A stretch of DNA of 32,000 bases from Nostoc punctiforme PCC 73102 (GTDB lineage: Bacteria; Cyanobacteriota; Cyanobacteriia; Cyanobacteriales; Nostocaceae), in contig NC_010628.1 in NCBI RefSeq assembly GCF_000020025.1, positions 2,130,001 through 2,162,000 of the forward strand. The letters run 5' to 3'. Under the pieces are notes generated by a model that was not told where the DNA came from, ran no database searches, and saw only the letters and a program-made list of their open reading frames with translations. The position numbers and the translations under genes are program-made. Each line of letters starts with the position of its first letter. Positions within the stretch are counted from its first letter, which is position 1. Positions 24,119-32,000 of this stretch are shown piece after piece.

Positions 24119-24262
24119 GAAACGAACCACAGAGACACAGAGAACACAGAGGAATGAGGAGGAGAGAGTTTTTTGGGTATTTTTTTATTTGTAGGACTTA
24201 CGCAAAAACCCTCTAAAACTCTCATTCCTCCGTGACCTCTGCGCCCTCTGTGGTTCGTTTTC
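24119..24262. repeat. MITE-like element with imperfect terminal inverted repeats of about 40 nt
   Basis: The left arm is GAAACGAACCACAGAGACACAGAGAACACAGAGGAATGAG. The reverse complement of the right arm is GAAAACGAACCACAGAGGGCGCAGAGGTCACGGAGGAATGAG. The AT-rich centre contains taggacttacgcaaaa, whose complement also occurs at about 6868-6885. Confidence 0.55.
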
Positions 24263-24318
24263 CGTTACCCGTATGCTCTTGTTGGTGGGCTTTGTGCTTT
24301 AATATTTGTAAAGTTCGA

Positions 24319-24594
24319 TTACAAATTTTTGTAGACTTCACCATCATTTCGCTTACCAACGCGAAAAACATCAATCAATTTGCTTTCTTCATCAATCGTG
24401 TAGAGAATTCTATATTCACCTTGATCGACACGATAACCACCTTCATAGCCTTTCAAGGCTTTGCAATCTTGAGGTCGAGAATTGCCTTGAAGCGAAAGGA
24501 TTTTAGATACAACCTGCTTATAAAGTTTCGCTTGCAAATCCAACAAATCCTTTTCAGCAGTCTTAGCAATTCTCAAACTGTAGCGTTCACTCAT
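24319..24594 (-). CDS. relE: RelE/ParE-family type II toxin
   Basis: MSERYSLRIAKTAEKDL...GYRVDQGEYRILYTIDEESKLIDVFRVGKRNDGEVY. The preferred ATG at 24594 overlaps the antitoxin stop as ATGAGTGA. The track ORF extends to 24609. Confidence 0.85.
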   Translation of the reverse strand: MSERYSLRIAKTAEKDLLDLQAKLYKQVVSKILSLQGNSRPQDCKALKGYEGGYRVDQGEYRILYTIDEESKLIDVFRVGKRNDGEVYKNL

Positions 24595-24838
24595 TTCCAC
24601 GCTTGGCACTAATTGCCTCTAAGGAAGTAAACCCATCATTTTCCTCAATTGCACGACGAAGTGTTTCTGAATCAATAGCATCTTCAACAGCTTCAAGCAA
24701 TTTCAAATCATCAAGACTGATAATTGCTACGGCAGGTTTACCATGACGCTGAATTACAATCCGCTCACCCTTATACTCAGCACGATTAATAAGCTCTTGG
24801 AAGTTTGCGCGAGCTTCGGTTGCACTTATGGCAGTCAT
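24587..24838 (-). CDS. Phd/YefM-family type II antitoxin
   Basis: 83 aa. MTAISATEARANFQELINRAEYKGERIVIQRHGKPVAV-type N-terminus, sitting immediately upstream of the toxin and overlapping it. Confidence 0.85.
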   Translation of the reverse strand: MTAISATEARANFQELINRAEYKGERIVIQRHGKPAVAIISLDDLKLLEAVEDAIDSETLRRAIEENDGFTSLEAISAKRGNE

Positions 24839-24979
24839 AGCGCCTCACAAAATTAAATAATTGATGCTCATCAAAATGTAATTTTTGTACAAATTGCTAA
24901 AAATATACAAAATTTACGTTCTGTACTAATATTACACAATGGATAAAACAATTTCTAGTTGATTTGAGATTTATGCACT

Positions 24980-25007
24980 GTGATGCAATGCGATCGCATT
25001 GCATCAC
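24980..25007. terminator. 28-bp perfect palindrome centred on HIP1, probably a terminator of the receiver-gene operon
   Basis: GTGATGCAATGCGATCGCATTGCATCAC, 56 nt beyond the stop of the minus-strand receiver gene and upstream of the phd/relE promoter region. Confidence 0.4.
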
Positions 25008-25062
25008 TCTTTAGCTCAATTTAGGGCAAACGAAAGTCAGAAAATCCTAAGTACTTTTCTCC

Positions 25063-25470
25063 TTAACTTTCCTCAGTTGTACCTGGTGGGAGCAGTTGCT
25101 TAATTTGGTGAGCCAATAATTCTAGTCCAGCATCCTTGGCAAAAAATCCGTCTGCTTCTGGACACATTTGTTTGCCATGCACCTCTAACTCATTTTTGCT
25201 CATGTAAGCCGTGACGAGGATGACTACAGGAGAACGAGACAAGCGGCGCTTGAGAGCGGTAACAATTTCCATGCCATCTGTATTTAGCTCATGCCGAGCC
25301 GTAGGCAGCACGAAATCGACCAGAAATATATCATACTGGTTTAGTTCGTCTAACTCCCACAAGAAACTAGATACTGACTTATAGGTTGCTATAGCATATT
25401 GTTGCTTCAGAAAGCGTTGGACGATGCGGCACCAGTGTTCGTCATCATCCAAAATCGCCAGCTTGTACAT
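25063..25470 (-). CDS. single-domain response regulator (receiver only)
   Basis: 135 aa. The acidic pocket LAILDDDE, the phospho-acceptor context IFLVDFVLP, then ILVTAY and FFAKD. Confidence 0.85.
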   Translation of the reverse strand: MYKLAILDDDEHWCRIVQRFLKQQYAIATYKSVSSFLWELDELNQYDIFLVDFVLPTARHELNTDGMEIVTALKRRLSRSPVVILVTAYMSKNELEVHGKQMCPEADGFFAKDAGLELLAHQIKQLLPPGTTEES

Positions 25471-25476
25471 GGAGAT

Positions 25477-25890
25477 TCAATTCCTTTTTTGACCTAGAAG
25501 AGTAATCATATCCAAAAAGGCATCGTAGTCAGTGATGGGTTTGGTATAGCAACTGTCAGCCCCAGATTGGGACAACAGGAGATGTTGATCGGCGGGCATG
25601 GTGTAGGCCGTCACCAAGATAATTGGTAACTGTTTCCACTGCGCCTTTAAATGGCGCGACAGGATGGAGCCATCGACTTTTTGTCCTTCCCACCTAGCTC
25701 CCGGCAAATTGATATCCATAATCACCAGTTCTACTGCCCCCGCTTCGCATTGTTGGAATATCTCTTTTGGTTCAGCAGTAATAAACACCTGATGACCCCC
25801 CAAACGTTCGATTAGTTTGGCGGTTCCCTTCGCTAGGAGTTGATTGTCTTCAACCAGCAGGATGTTCAAGATTGTTACTAAAACCTCCAT
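25477..25890 (-). CDS. single-domain response regulator (CheY-like)
   Basis: 137 aa. ILLVEDN, LVIMDINLPG, ILVTAY and YTKPI. Confidence 0.85.
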   Translation of the reverse strand: MEVLVTILNILLVEDNQLLAKGTAKLIERLGGHQVFITAEPKEIFQQCEAGAVELVIMDINLPGARWEGQKVDGSILSRHLKAQWKQLPIILVTAYTMPADQHLLLSQSGADSCYTKPITDYDAFLDMITLLGQKRN

Positions 25891-26007
25891 GCTGTGGAAG
25901 CGTCTACATCCAATGAGACTAAGGTACAGGTGATTTTAATTGCCGTCCAAATATTAAAATCCATAAAAATACTCATCTTTTTTATAGTCAGGTGAAATAT
26001 CTTCCAA

Positions 26008-26044
26008 GGGCCAAGCCCCTAGCTTTTAGCTAGGGGCTTGGCCC
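26008..26044 (-). terminator. 16-bp perfect stem-loop spanning the histidine kinase stop codon
   Basis: GGGCCAAGCCCCTAGC tttt/aaaa GCTAGGGGCTTGGCCC. The codons for GQAPS* form one arm. It could be an attenuator between the kinase and receiver genes. Confidence 0.4.
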
Positions 26045-28146
26045 TCAACTAGAGAACCCTGACCTGCTACCTGACTTTGTTCGTTTAGAGGCAGGGTAAA
26101 AGTCACCGTGTTTCCCTGCCCTAGTCCTGGGCTTTCAAGCCATATCTTACCACCCATCAGTTCCACTAATCGCTTGCAAATAGTCAGCCCTAAGCCGGTG
26201 CCCCCATAGGAGCGCTGGGCAGAACCATCAGCTTGCACAAATGGGGAAAACAGTTGCTCTGAATTTTCCATCTCAATGCCGATACCTGTGTCGTGTACCG
26301 AGATTTGAGCCATTGTCCCAGTACTATCGACGACAGCCCGGACATCGATTTGACCCTCATCGGTGAATTTGAAGGCGTTATCCAGCAAGTTTGTCATCAC
26401 CTGACGAACTTTGATCTTGTCGGCGAAAACAGTCTCGATTTCACAGTCGAGTGTCAGAGGAATTGCCTTGTAGCGGCTTTCGGCACCTGAGAGGAAACAT
26501 TGCTCTTGTAAAAGCTGTTGCAGATAAACTGTCTCTAAATCTAAAGCTATGCGCCCGTCTTCAATTTTGGCAATGTCAAGGACATCGTTAATGATAGTAA
26601 CCAGATTTTGCGTCGATTGGTAAGCGCCATCTATATATTCGCGCAACTCATCTTCGTCTTCATAAAGGCGCTCTTTGAGCAACTTTAAATAGTTTAAGGT
26701 CGAGGCCAAAGGGGTTCGCAATTCGTGGCTGGTAGAAGCCAAGAAGTTGCTCTTGAGGCGACTCACCTCTTCGGCGGCAGCTCGGGCATGAGAGAGAGCT
26801 TCGTTGTGCATCTCAACTATCAGGCGTTGCTGGCGTTCCCGGTGATAGAGGCGGTTTTGCAGCACAGCCAGTGATAGGTGAATGTTCAAAGACTGGATGA
26901 GTTCCATCTCTTCGATGCTCCAGGGATGAGCTTTATCTTCTTTGAGCGCCTGCCATTGCGCCATTGACTGGCGGGGTCGCTGTTGGCGCTCATCGGCTTC
27001 CTCATAGCCTGGCCAGAGATTTTTTGTGCTGATTTGGTCGCGAAAGAATGTTAGATACCCCAGGAATTCTTTACTATAATACAACGGTTGAACAATCAAA
27101 CCCCGAATCGGTGTGGTTTGGAAGGATTCAATCAGTTGGTGCAGACGCGGTTCTTGCTGAAGATTAATTACCACTCGCAGGGCAGGTTTATCTTTTTGGG
27201 TTAAGGTAGTGCCGATGGGAGCAGGAATTTTCCTTACCTCTTGCCAAAGGGGATGATTTTCTAGTAAATGTGGTTGCTCTTGCTCGGATGGAGCCGGCTG
27301 ATTTCCGTAAGTATAAAGATGGGCTGGTAAAGCCTCATCCGGGGAAGTGAGATACAACCTTCCTCCAGAACTGCCAGAAGCTTTGACTGCTTGCTCCAGA
27401 ACGTTATGCAAAATCTCTTCAGGGGTTAGAGGCGCGTGCAGCATAGTAGCAATCTGATTAACGATCGCATCACGCTGCTGCTGTTCCTGCACCTGACTCA
27501 GCAGACTCGCTTGGGTAATTGCCAGTGAAACCTGGTCAGCGAGCAATTGGACGACCAGCAAATCCTCAGATGTAATCTCTCTGGGTTCGGCATGATGAGA
27601 GATCAACAGCCCCCAGAGTTCCTGTTGATAAATTATTGGCACTACCAGAGAAGATTGCACACCCATCTGGGTGAGATAGTCTACATGGCAGGGGTCTACC
27701 GGACGGCTTAAGATATCTTCAAGGGGTTGTTCTTGCACTTCTTCAACGGTCAAGTCCCCGATTGCCGTTGTTGTGGGAGTCGGCAGCGAGTTGAGGATAA
27801 TACGCTGTTCGCTGACATTGACAATGGAGCGGGTACGTGCTTTGACAAACAAAGCCCGCGCTTGGGGCGGAATGTCATCAGCTGGATAGTGTAATCCCAG
27901 CAAAGAAGGCAGGCGGTTGGGGGCACTAGCTTCGGCAACAACGTGTCCATGTCCGTCGCGATCGAAGCGGTAGACCTTAGTTCGGTCAGTTTGCAAGAAT
28001 GCCCGCAACTCGACCACAGTTGCATCCAAAATCTCTTGCAGGTTCAGCGATTGCCGGATGCGGTTCGCCATCCGAGCCAGCAGAGCTTCTTTGCGTTCAG
28101 GAAGGAACTGATCTTTTAGGTTTCTAAAACCGGAATTTGTAACCAA
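26026..28146 (-). CDS. sensor histidine kinase with two GAF domains
   Basis: 706 aa. Two GAF-like blocks, a coiled-coil, the HisKA H-box FLASTSHELRTPL, and an HATPase with N-box NLLDNAFKFT, G1 DTGIGI and G2 GGTGLGL. The start is a TTG at 28146 or an ATG at 28071. Confidence 0.9.
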   Translation of the reverse strand: MVTNSGFRNLKDQFLPERKEALLARMANRIRQSLNLQEILDATVVELRAFLQTDRTKVYRFDRDGHGHVVAEASAPNRLPSLLGLHYPADDIPPQARALFVKARTRSIVNVSEQRIILNSLPTPTTTAIGDLTVEEVQEQPLEDILSRPVDPCHVDYLTQMGVQSSLVVPIIYQQELWGLLISHHAEPREITSEDLLVVQLLADQVSLAITQASLLSQVQEQQQRDAIVNQIATMLHAPLTPEEILHNVLEQAVKASGSSGGRLYLTSPDEALPAHLYTYGNQPAPSEQEQPHLLENHPLWQEVRKIPAPIGTTLTQKDKPALRVVINLQQEPRLHQLIESFQTTPIRGLIVQPLYYSKEFLGYLTFFRDQISTKNLWPGYEEADERQQRPRQSMAQWQALKEDKAHPWSIEEMELIQSLNIHLSLAVLQNRLYHRERQQRLIVEMHNEALSHARAAAEEVSRLKSNFLASTSHELRTPLASTLNYLKLLKERLYEDEDELREYIDGAYQSTQNLVTIINDVLDIAKIEDGRIALDLETVYLQQLLQEQCFLSGAESRYKAIPLTLDCEIETVFADKIKVRQVMTNLLDNAFKFTDEGQIDVRAVVDSTGTMAQISVHDTGIGIEMENSEQLFSPFVQADGSAQRSYGGTGLGLTICKRLVELMGGKIWLESPGLGQGNTVTFTLPLNEQSQVAGQGSLVEGQAPS

Positions 28147-28180
28147 CTCTCACTCTCGACTTCTTAAAATAATTATTTAA

Positions 28181-29968
28181 TTATTTAACTAGGCTAGCAA
28201 TTACCATCGCTAATTTTACTGGTTCTATTGGTTTAGTCAAATGTTTTTGAAATCCTGCTTGGAGAATTTTTGACTCGTTTATCTCTCCAGCATAAGCTGT
28301 CAGTGCGATCGCTTGAATCTCTCCCCCTTGTTCAGGCGGTAGCGATGTCTGACGACAAGCCGCTTCGCGTCTACGAATTTCCCGAATCAGCATATAACCA
28401 TCCATTTCTGGCATCCCAATATCACTTAAAATAATATGTGGTTTCTCAACCCTAAAAGCATCTAGTGCAAGGGATGCTGAGGCGAAGGCACGCACAGAAG
28501 CACCATACTGTTGCAGGGTGAAAACTATTAGTTCGCGGGTGTCAACTTCATCGTCCACGACTATCACATTTACCCCTTCAAGATTAGGGGAATCGTTAGC
28601 CAAACCCTTGTCTTCACTTGTTTGAGGCTCGACACTCTTGATAGGTAACAACACAGTAAAGGTTGCACCTTTATCATCTCCCTCACTTTCTGCTTGGATT
28701 GCTCCACCGTGCAGTTCAATGATTTGACGAGCGATCGCTAAACCAAGCCCCAAGCCGCCAAAGGTTCTTGTTGTGGTATTGTCAGCTTGACGGAAGTAAT
28801 CAAATACGTGAGGCAGAAATTCTGGATTGATGCCCTTACCCGTGTCACTGACTTGGATTTGCGCTTGTGTACCCACGCGCTCAAGCCGGATTTCCACCTG
28901 ACCACCATCCTCTGTGAACTTAACGGCGTTAGAGAGCAAATTCCAGACGACTTGCTGCAAGCGACTGGGATCGCCCAAAACTTGCCCTATATTCGGTTCA
29001 AATTCCGTCTTGAGTTCAATTGACTTGGCTTGAGCCGCTAGACGCACGGTATCAAGGGCCACTTCAATAACGGCGGACAGATCAACAGAACTGATCTTCA
29101 GGCTGAGTTTTCTTTGAAGAATACGGGAAACATCCAGTAAATCTTCCATTAGCTGAGACTGCAACTTGGCATTGCGCTCAATGGTTGCTAAGGCATAAGC
29201 TGTCTTTGCTTCATCAAGTTTGCGGGTTTGCAGAAGTTTTGCCCAGCCCAAAATCGGGTTGAGGGGAGAACGCAGTTCGTGAGATAGAACAGCGAGGAAC
29301 TCATCTTTGAGACGATTGGCTTGTTCAGCTGCATTTTGTGCCGCTTCGCTAACGGCACGGGCGGCTTGCTCGCGCCGTGCAGATTCTTCGGCTGCTTGAC
29401 GGGCGTTGCTATTGTAAAGAGCGCTGGCTGTAAAATTTGCGAGGCTTTTCATCAGCCGCAAGTCTTCTCGATCGAACTGCCGATGCTCATCGTGCGATAC
29501 AATCCAAATTGTGCCAAGTGGTTGATTGGCAATCAATAAAGGAACCACCAATATCTCGACGATTGTTGGCTTAAACTGTTGCAAGTAAGTAAAATAGCGT
29601 TCTGGATAAGAATACAGCAGGGGGGTTTGACGTTCTAGGCAAATGCCGCAGCAACTAAAGCTGTAAAGTGTGGAAGTTCGTTCATAGGCTTCTAACATCC
29701 CAGCTAGTGCAAACCAGTGACAAATATCTTCCCCGTTCGGAGTCACCTCAAGTAAGCTGACACCTGCTGATTCTGCTTGACACAGTTGAGTAATTATTTT
29801 TACAAGCTTTTTGAGCAGAATTTGAGGCTGCTCAACTAGTTGTCCTATCAGGGTATGAAGTACATCGTTTTCTTGCTTGAGGTCAGTGGTTCTGGGTATT
29901 CTACGGGACAACTCTTGAGTGATGAGAATATCGTCTAAATATATTTGCTCCACTTCCTCATTCGTCAT
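28181..29968 (-). CDS. hybrid sensor histidine kinase/response regulator with an N-terminal GAF domain
   Basis: 595 aa. GAF block, H-box FLAVLSHELRSPLNPI, NLLSNAVKFT, DTGKGI, GGLGLGL, then a receiver (VIVVDDEVD, ILSDIGMPEMDG, LTAY, TKPI). Confidence 0.9.
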   Translation of the reverse strand: MTNEEVEQIYLDDILITQELSRRIPRTTDLKQENDVLHTLIGQLVEQPQILLKKLVKIITQLCQAESAGVSLLEVTPNGEDICHWFALAGMLEAYERTSTLYSFSCCGICLERQTPLLYSYPERYFTYLQQFKPTIVEILVVPLLIANQPLGTIWIVSHDEHRQFDREDLRLMKSLANFTASALYNSNARQAAEESARREQAARAVSEAAQNAAEQANRLKDEFLAVLSHELRSPLNPILGWAKLLQTRKLDEAKTAYALATIERNAKLQSQLMEDLLDVSRILQRKLSLKISSVDLSAVIEVALDTVRLAAQAKSIELKTEFEPNIGQVLGDPSRLQQVVWNLLSNAVKFTEDGGQVEIRLERVGTQAQIQVSDTGKGINPEFLPHVFDYFRQADNTTTRTFGGLGLGLAIARQIIELHGGAIQAESEGDDKGATFTVLLPIKSVEPQTSEDKGLANDSPNLEGVNVIVVDDEVDTRELIVFTLQQYGASVRAFASASLALDAFRVEKPHIILSDIGMPEMDGYMLIREIRRREAACRQTSLPPEQGGEIQAIALTAYAGEINESKILQAGFQKHLTKPIEPVKLAMVIASLVK

Positions 29969-30065
29969 TTCACTACTCCGCTTCTAAAAAATATTGCCTC
30001 AGTAGCCCCTGTCCAGATTCACCCAAGTTTCGTAGCATTTCTTCAATTTTTATCAAGAAAAAATC

Positions 30066-30098
30066 AAAAATCAGAATTCAGAATGAATTCTGATTTTT
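30066..30098. terminator. symmetric A5/T5-flanked hairpin (bidirectional terminator-like)
   Basis: AAAAATCAGAATTC agaat GAATTCTGATTTTT. Confidence 0.45.
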
Positions 30099-30501
30099 GA
30101 ATAAAAGGGTTTTATACACCCGCCAAATAAGGCCCATGTAAAATCAGGTGGTAGTATAAAACCCTTGTATATATTATCAATCTTAGATTTTGACCAACCT
30201 CTCCGGGCAAGGTAGTCCGGCTTGGGGCAGTCTTGTAGATTTATTTACACAGAATAAAGACTACGGCAAATGATGCGCCCTTTGTACTCCCTCAAGGAAG
30301 AGCTTGGAAGTTTTTTCTCATACCGCGCGAGTTTTTCGTTTTAAAGCCAATGTTGAAATTGTTTGCAATTGATAGCACTAATAGCGATCGCTAAAATCTA
30401 AAATGCTACCAATGCTGTAGCTACATTCACCATGCCATTTCAGGAAAATTATTTTGTTACGAATCTAGCGATCGTTAAGATGCATTCTGTGCAGGTATTA
30501 A

Positions 30502-31020
30502 TCAACACAGTTGATTTACCTTAGCTGCAAGTTCTGCCGGGTTCATTTGCTCGTAGTGTTCAAAAGGTTGATGAATCCAGGGGTTTTCAGGCAAGTAATC
30601 AACATAATAATCGGGTGGTATAACTGAACAGGCTTTATACCAAAGAACGGCAGTGCGAATTTCTTCAATGGGAAAACCAGTATTTTGCTTGAGCCAAGGT
30701 ATAGTTTGTTGGAGTGTGATCCCAGAGTCTACTAAGTCATCTACTAGGAGAACGCGCGAACCTAACTTTTCGGCAGTCATTGTCAAGTGGCGCGAGAAAA
30801 TTAAATTACTTCTTTCTTGCTTACCAGCGCCACTGTAGGATGAGGTTGCTAAAATTGCCAGGGGTTGCTGGTAAATGCGGGAGAGAATATCTCCAACTCG
30901 CAGTCCTCCTCTGGCAAGACAGATAATCTGGTTGAATTCCCAACCAGATTGATAAATCTGGATAGCCAGTTGTTCAATTTTTTGGTGATAATCTGACCAA
31001 GAAACATAAAGGTCTGGCAT
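30502..31020 (-). CDS. purine phosphoribosyltransferase-family protein
   Basis: PRPP-binding motif VLLVDDLVDSGITL. The preferred start is the ATG at 31020 (MPDLYVSWSDYHQKIEQLA), giving about 172 aa. The track ORF extends to 31104. Confidence 0.8.
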   Translation of the reverse strand: MPDLYVSWSDYHQKIEQLAIQIYQSGWEFNQIICLARGGLRVGDILSRIYQQPLAILATSSYSGAGKQERSNLIFSRHLTMTAEKLGSRVLLVDDLVDSGITLQQTIPWLKQNTGFPIEEIRTAVLWYKACSVIPPDYYVDYLPENPWIHQPFEHYEQMNPAELAAKVNQLC

Positions 31021-31142
31021 AAGTCTAACGGGAGTGGTAAATAACTGGTATTGAAGGCGATGTCTACGATGGTCACTGAGCTTGCCGAAGTGCGGGCTAC
31101 GCAAACTGCAAACTTTTTATTCTAGTATGAGCGCAAGTTATT

Positions 31143-32000
31143 ATGAAAGATTCTGCTGCTGATGGCGATGCCCAACGAGATATTCTTAGTGAAAAACTCG
31201 ATTTAAAAACAAAGCTGGCTTATGGTGCAGGGGATTTAGGACCAGCAATTACTGCAAATATCTCCGTCTTTTATCTGCTGATTTTCTTTACCAGTGTCGC
31301 TGGTATCCCTGCGGGTTTAGCTGGCACTATTTTGATGATTGGCAAAATCTGGGATGGAGTAAACGATCCTCTTGTCGGGTTTCTGACTGATAAAACGAAA
31401 TCTCGTCGTTGGGGCCGTCGTCTTCCTTGGATGTTTTATGGAGCAATCCCCTTTGGAATTTTCTTTTTCTTGCAGTGGATTGTACCGCAATTTAGTGCAA
31501 ATAAGAGTAATAATATTTGGCCGCTGTTTTGGTACTACGTAGCAATTGGGGTGATATCTCAGGCGTTTTACACGGTTGTGAATTTGCCTTATACGGCGAT
31601 GACTCCAGAACTAACTCAAGATTACGACGAACGCACCAGCCTTAACAGCTATCGCTTTACATTTTCCATTGGTGGCAGCATTTTATCATTGATTTTAACA
31701 GGAATTGTTTTTTCGCAGATTGCCGATCGCCAACAACGATATCTGGTTTTAGCGGGAATTTGTACTGTAATTTCGATTTTAGGATTATATTGCTGCGTTT
31801 TTGGAGTTCGCGATCGCATCTTGGCTTTTGAGGCCAAACGTATCGAAACCGAGGAACCTGAATCTCTCCCCTTCGGCGAACAGCTAAAAATTGTCTTCAG
31901 CAACCGACCTTTTATATTTGTTATTGGTATATATCTTTTTTCTTGGCTAGCTGTGCAGATAACAGCCAGCATTATCCCCTATTTTGTAGTCAATTATATG
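31143..32000 (+). CDS. GPH-family (glycoside-pentoside-hexuronide/MelB-like) cation symporter, N-terminal part (runs off the window end)
   Basis: Absent from the ORF track because no stop is reached. From the ATG at 31143: MKDSAADGDAQRDILSEKLDLKTKLAYGAGDLGPAITANISVFYLLIFFTSVAGIPAGLAGTILMIGKIWDGVNDPLVGFLTDKTKSRRWGRRLPWMFYGAIPFG. LAYGxGD and KIWDxxxDPxxGxxxDxT..RxGRRRP are GPH hallmarks. The frame is open to 32000. Confidence 0.75.
   Translation, partial: MKDSAADGDAQRDILSEKLDLKTKLAYGAGDLGPAITANISVFYLLIFFTSVAGIPAGLAGTILMIGKIWDGVNDPLVGFLTDKTKSRRWGRRLPWMFYGAIPFGIFFFLQWIVPQFSANKSNNIWPLFWYYVAIGVISQAFYTVVNLPYTAMTPELTQDYDERTSLNSYRFTFSIGGSILSLILTGIVFSQIADRQQRYLVLAGICTVISILGLYCCVFGVRDRILAFEAKRIETEEPESLPFGEQLKIVFSNRPFIFVIGIYLFSWLAVQITASIIPYFVVNYM

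Noticed and set aside
24232-24612. 126-aa plus-strand ORF
   Set aside because: It starts inside the MITE-like repeat arm and then runs antisense through the well-supported relE gene. Its translation is hydrophobic and low-complexity with no recognisable motif.

Overview
This window looks like chromosomal DNA from a filamentous Nostoc/Anabaena-type cyanobacterium. The HIP1 palindrome GCGATCGC recurs throughout, there are STRR-like heptamer runs (AGTTAGG/CCTAACT), and many short dispersed hairpin repeats. I saw no rRNA, tRNA or CRISPR array.

Layout:
- 1-5.5 kb: MFS transporter fragment, an alpha/beta hydrolase, a ferrochelatase-fold paralogue with a native His8 tail, an FMN reductase and ftsH.
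- 5.5-8.3 kb: two decayed insertion sequences (ISKra4-like and ISAs1), both with readable inverted repeats and target-site duplications, in the ftsH/DUF928 intergenic region.
- 8.4-9.3 kb: a secreted DUF928 protein.
- 10.2-19.6 kb: a same-strand cluster of two tandem DszA/NtaA-type flavin monooxygenases, an amidohydrolase-fold protein, an esterase, an aldo-keto reductase, an MsbA-like ABC exporter and a GAF protein.
- 19.8-24.9 kb: a mobile-looking patch. It holds a 21-bp phased palindromic repeat array split by an intact IS4 element, a start-less orphan hicB, a compact type IA topoisomerase, a MITE-like inverted repeat and a phd/relE module.
- 25-30 kb: a four-gene two-component cluster (two GAF histidine kinases, two single-domain receivers).
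- 30.5-32 kb: a phosphoribosyltransferase and the start of a GPH-family symporter.

Two signals stand out, both in the monooxygenase cluster:
- Four consecutive enzymes (1643 residues) contain no cysteine and only 7 internal methionines. This is the composition expected of sulfur-starvation-induced proteins.
- Three of them, from two unrelated folds, end in the same decapeptide KQ(V/A)(D/N)KSLV(L/V)(A/V). This resembles an ssrA-like hydrophobic C-terminal degron or a shared docking/encapsulation tag.
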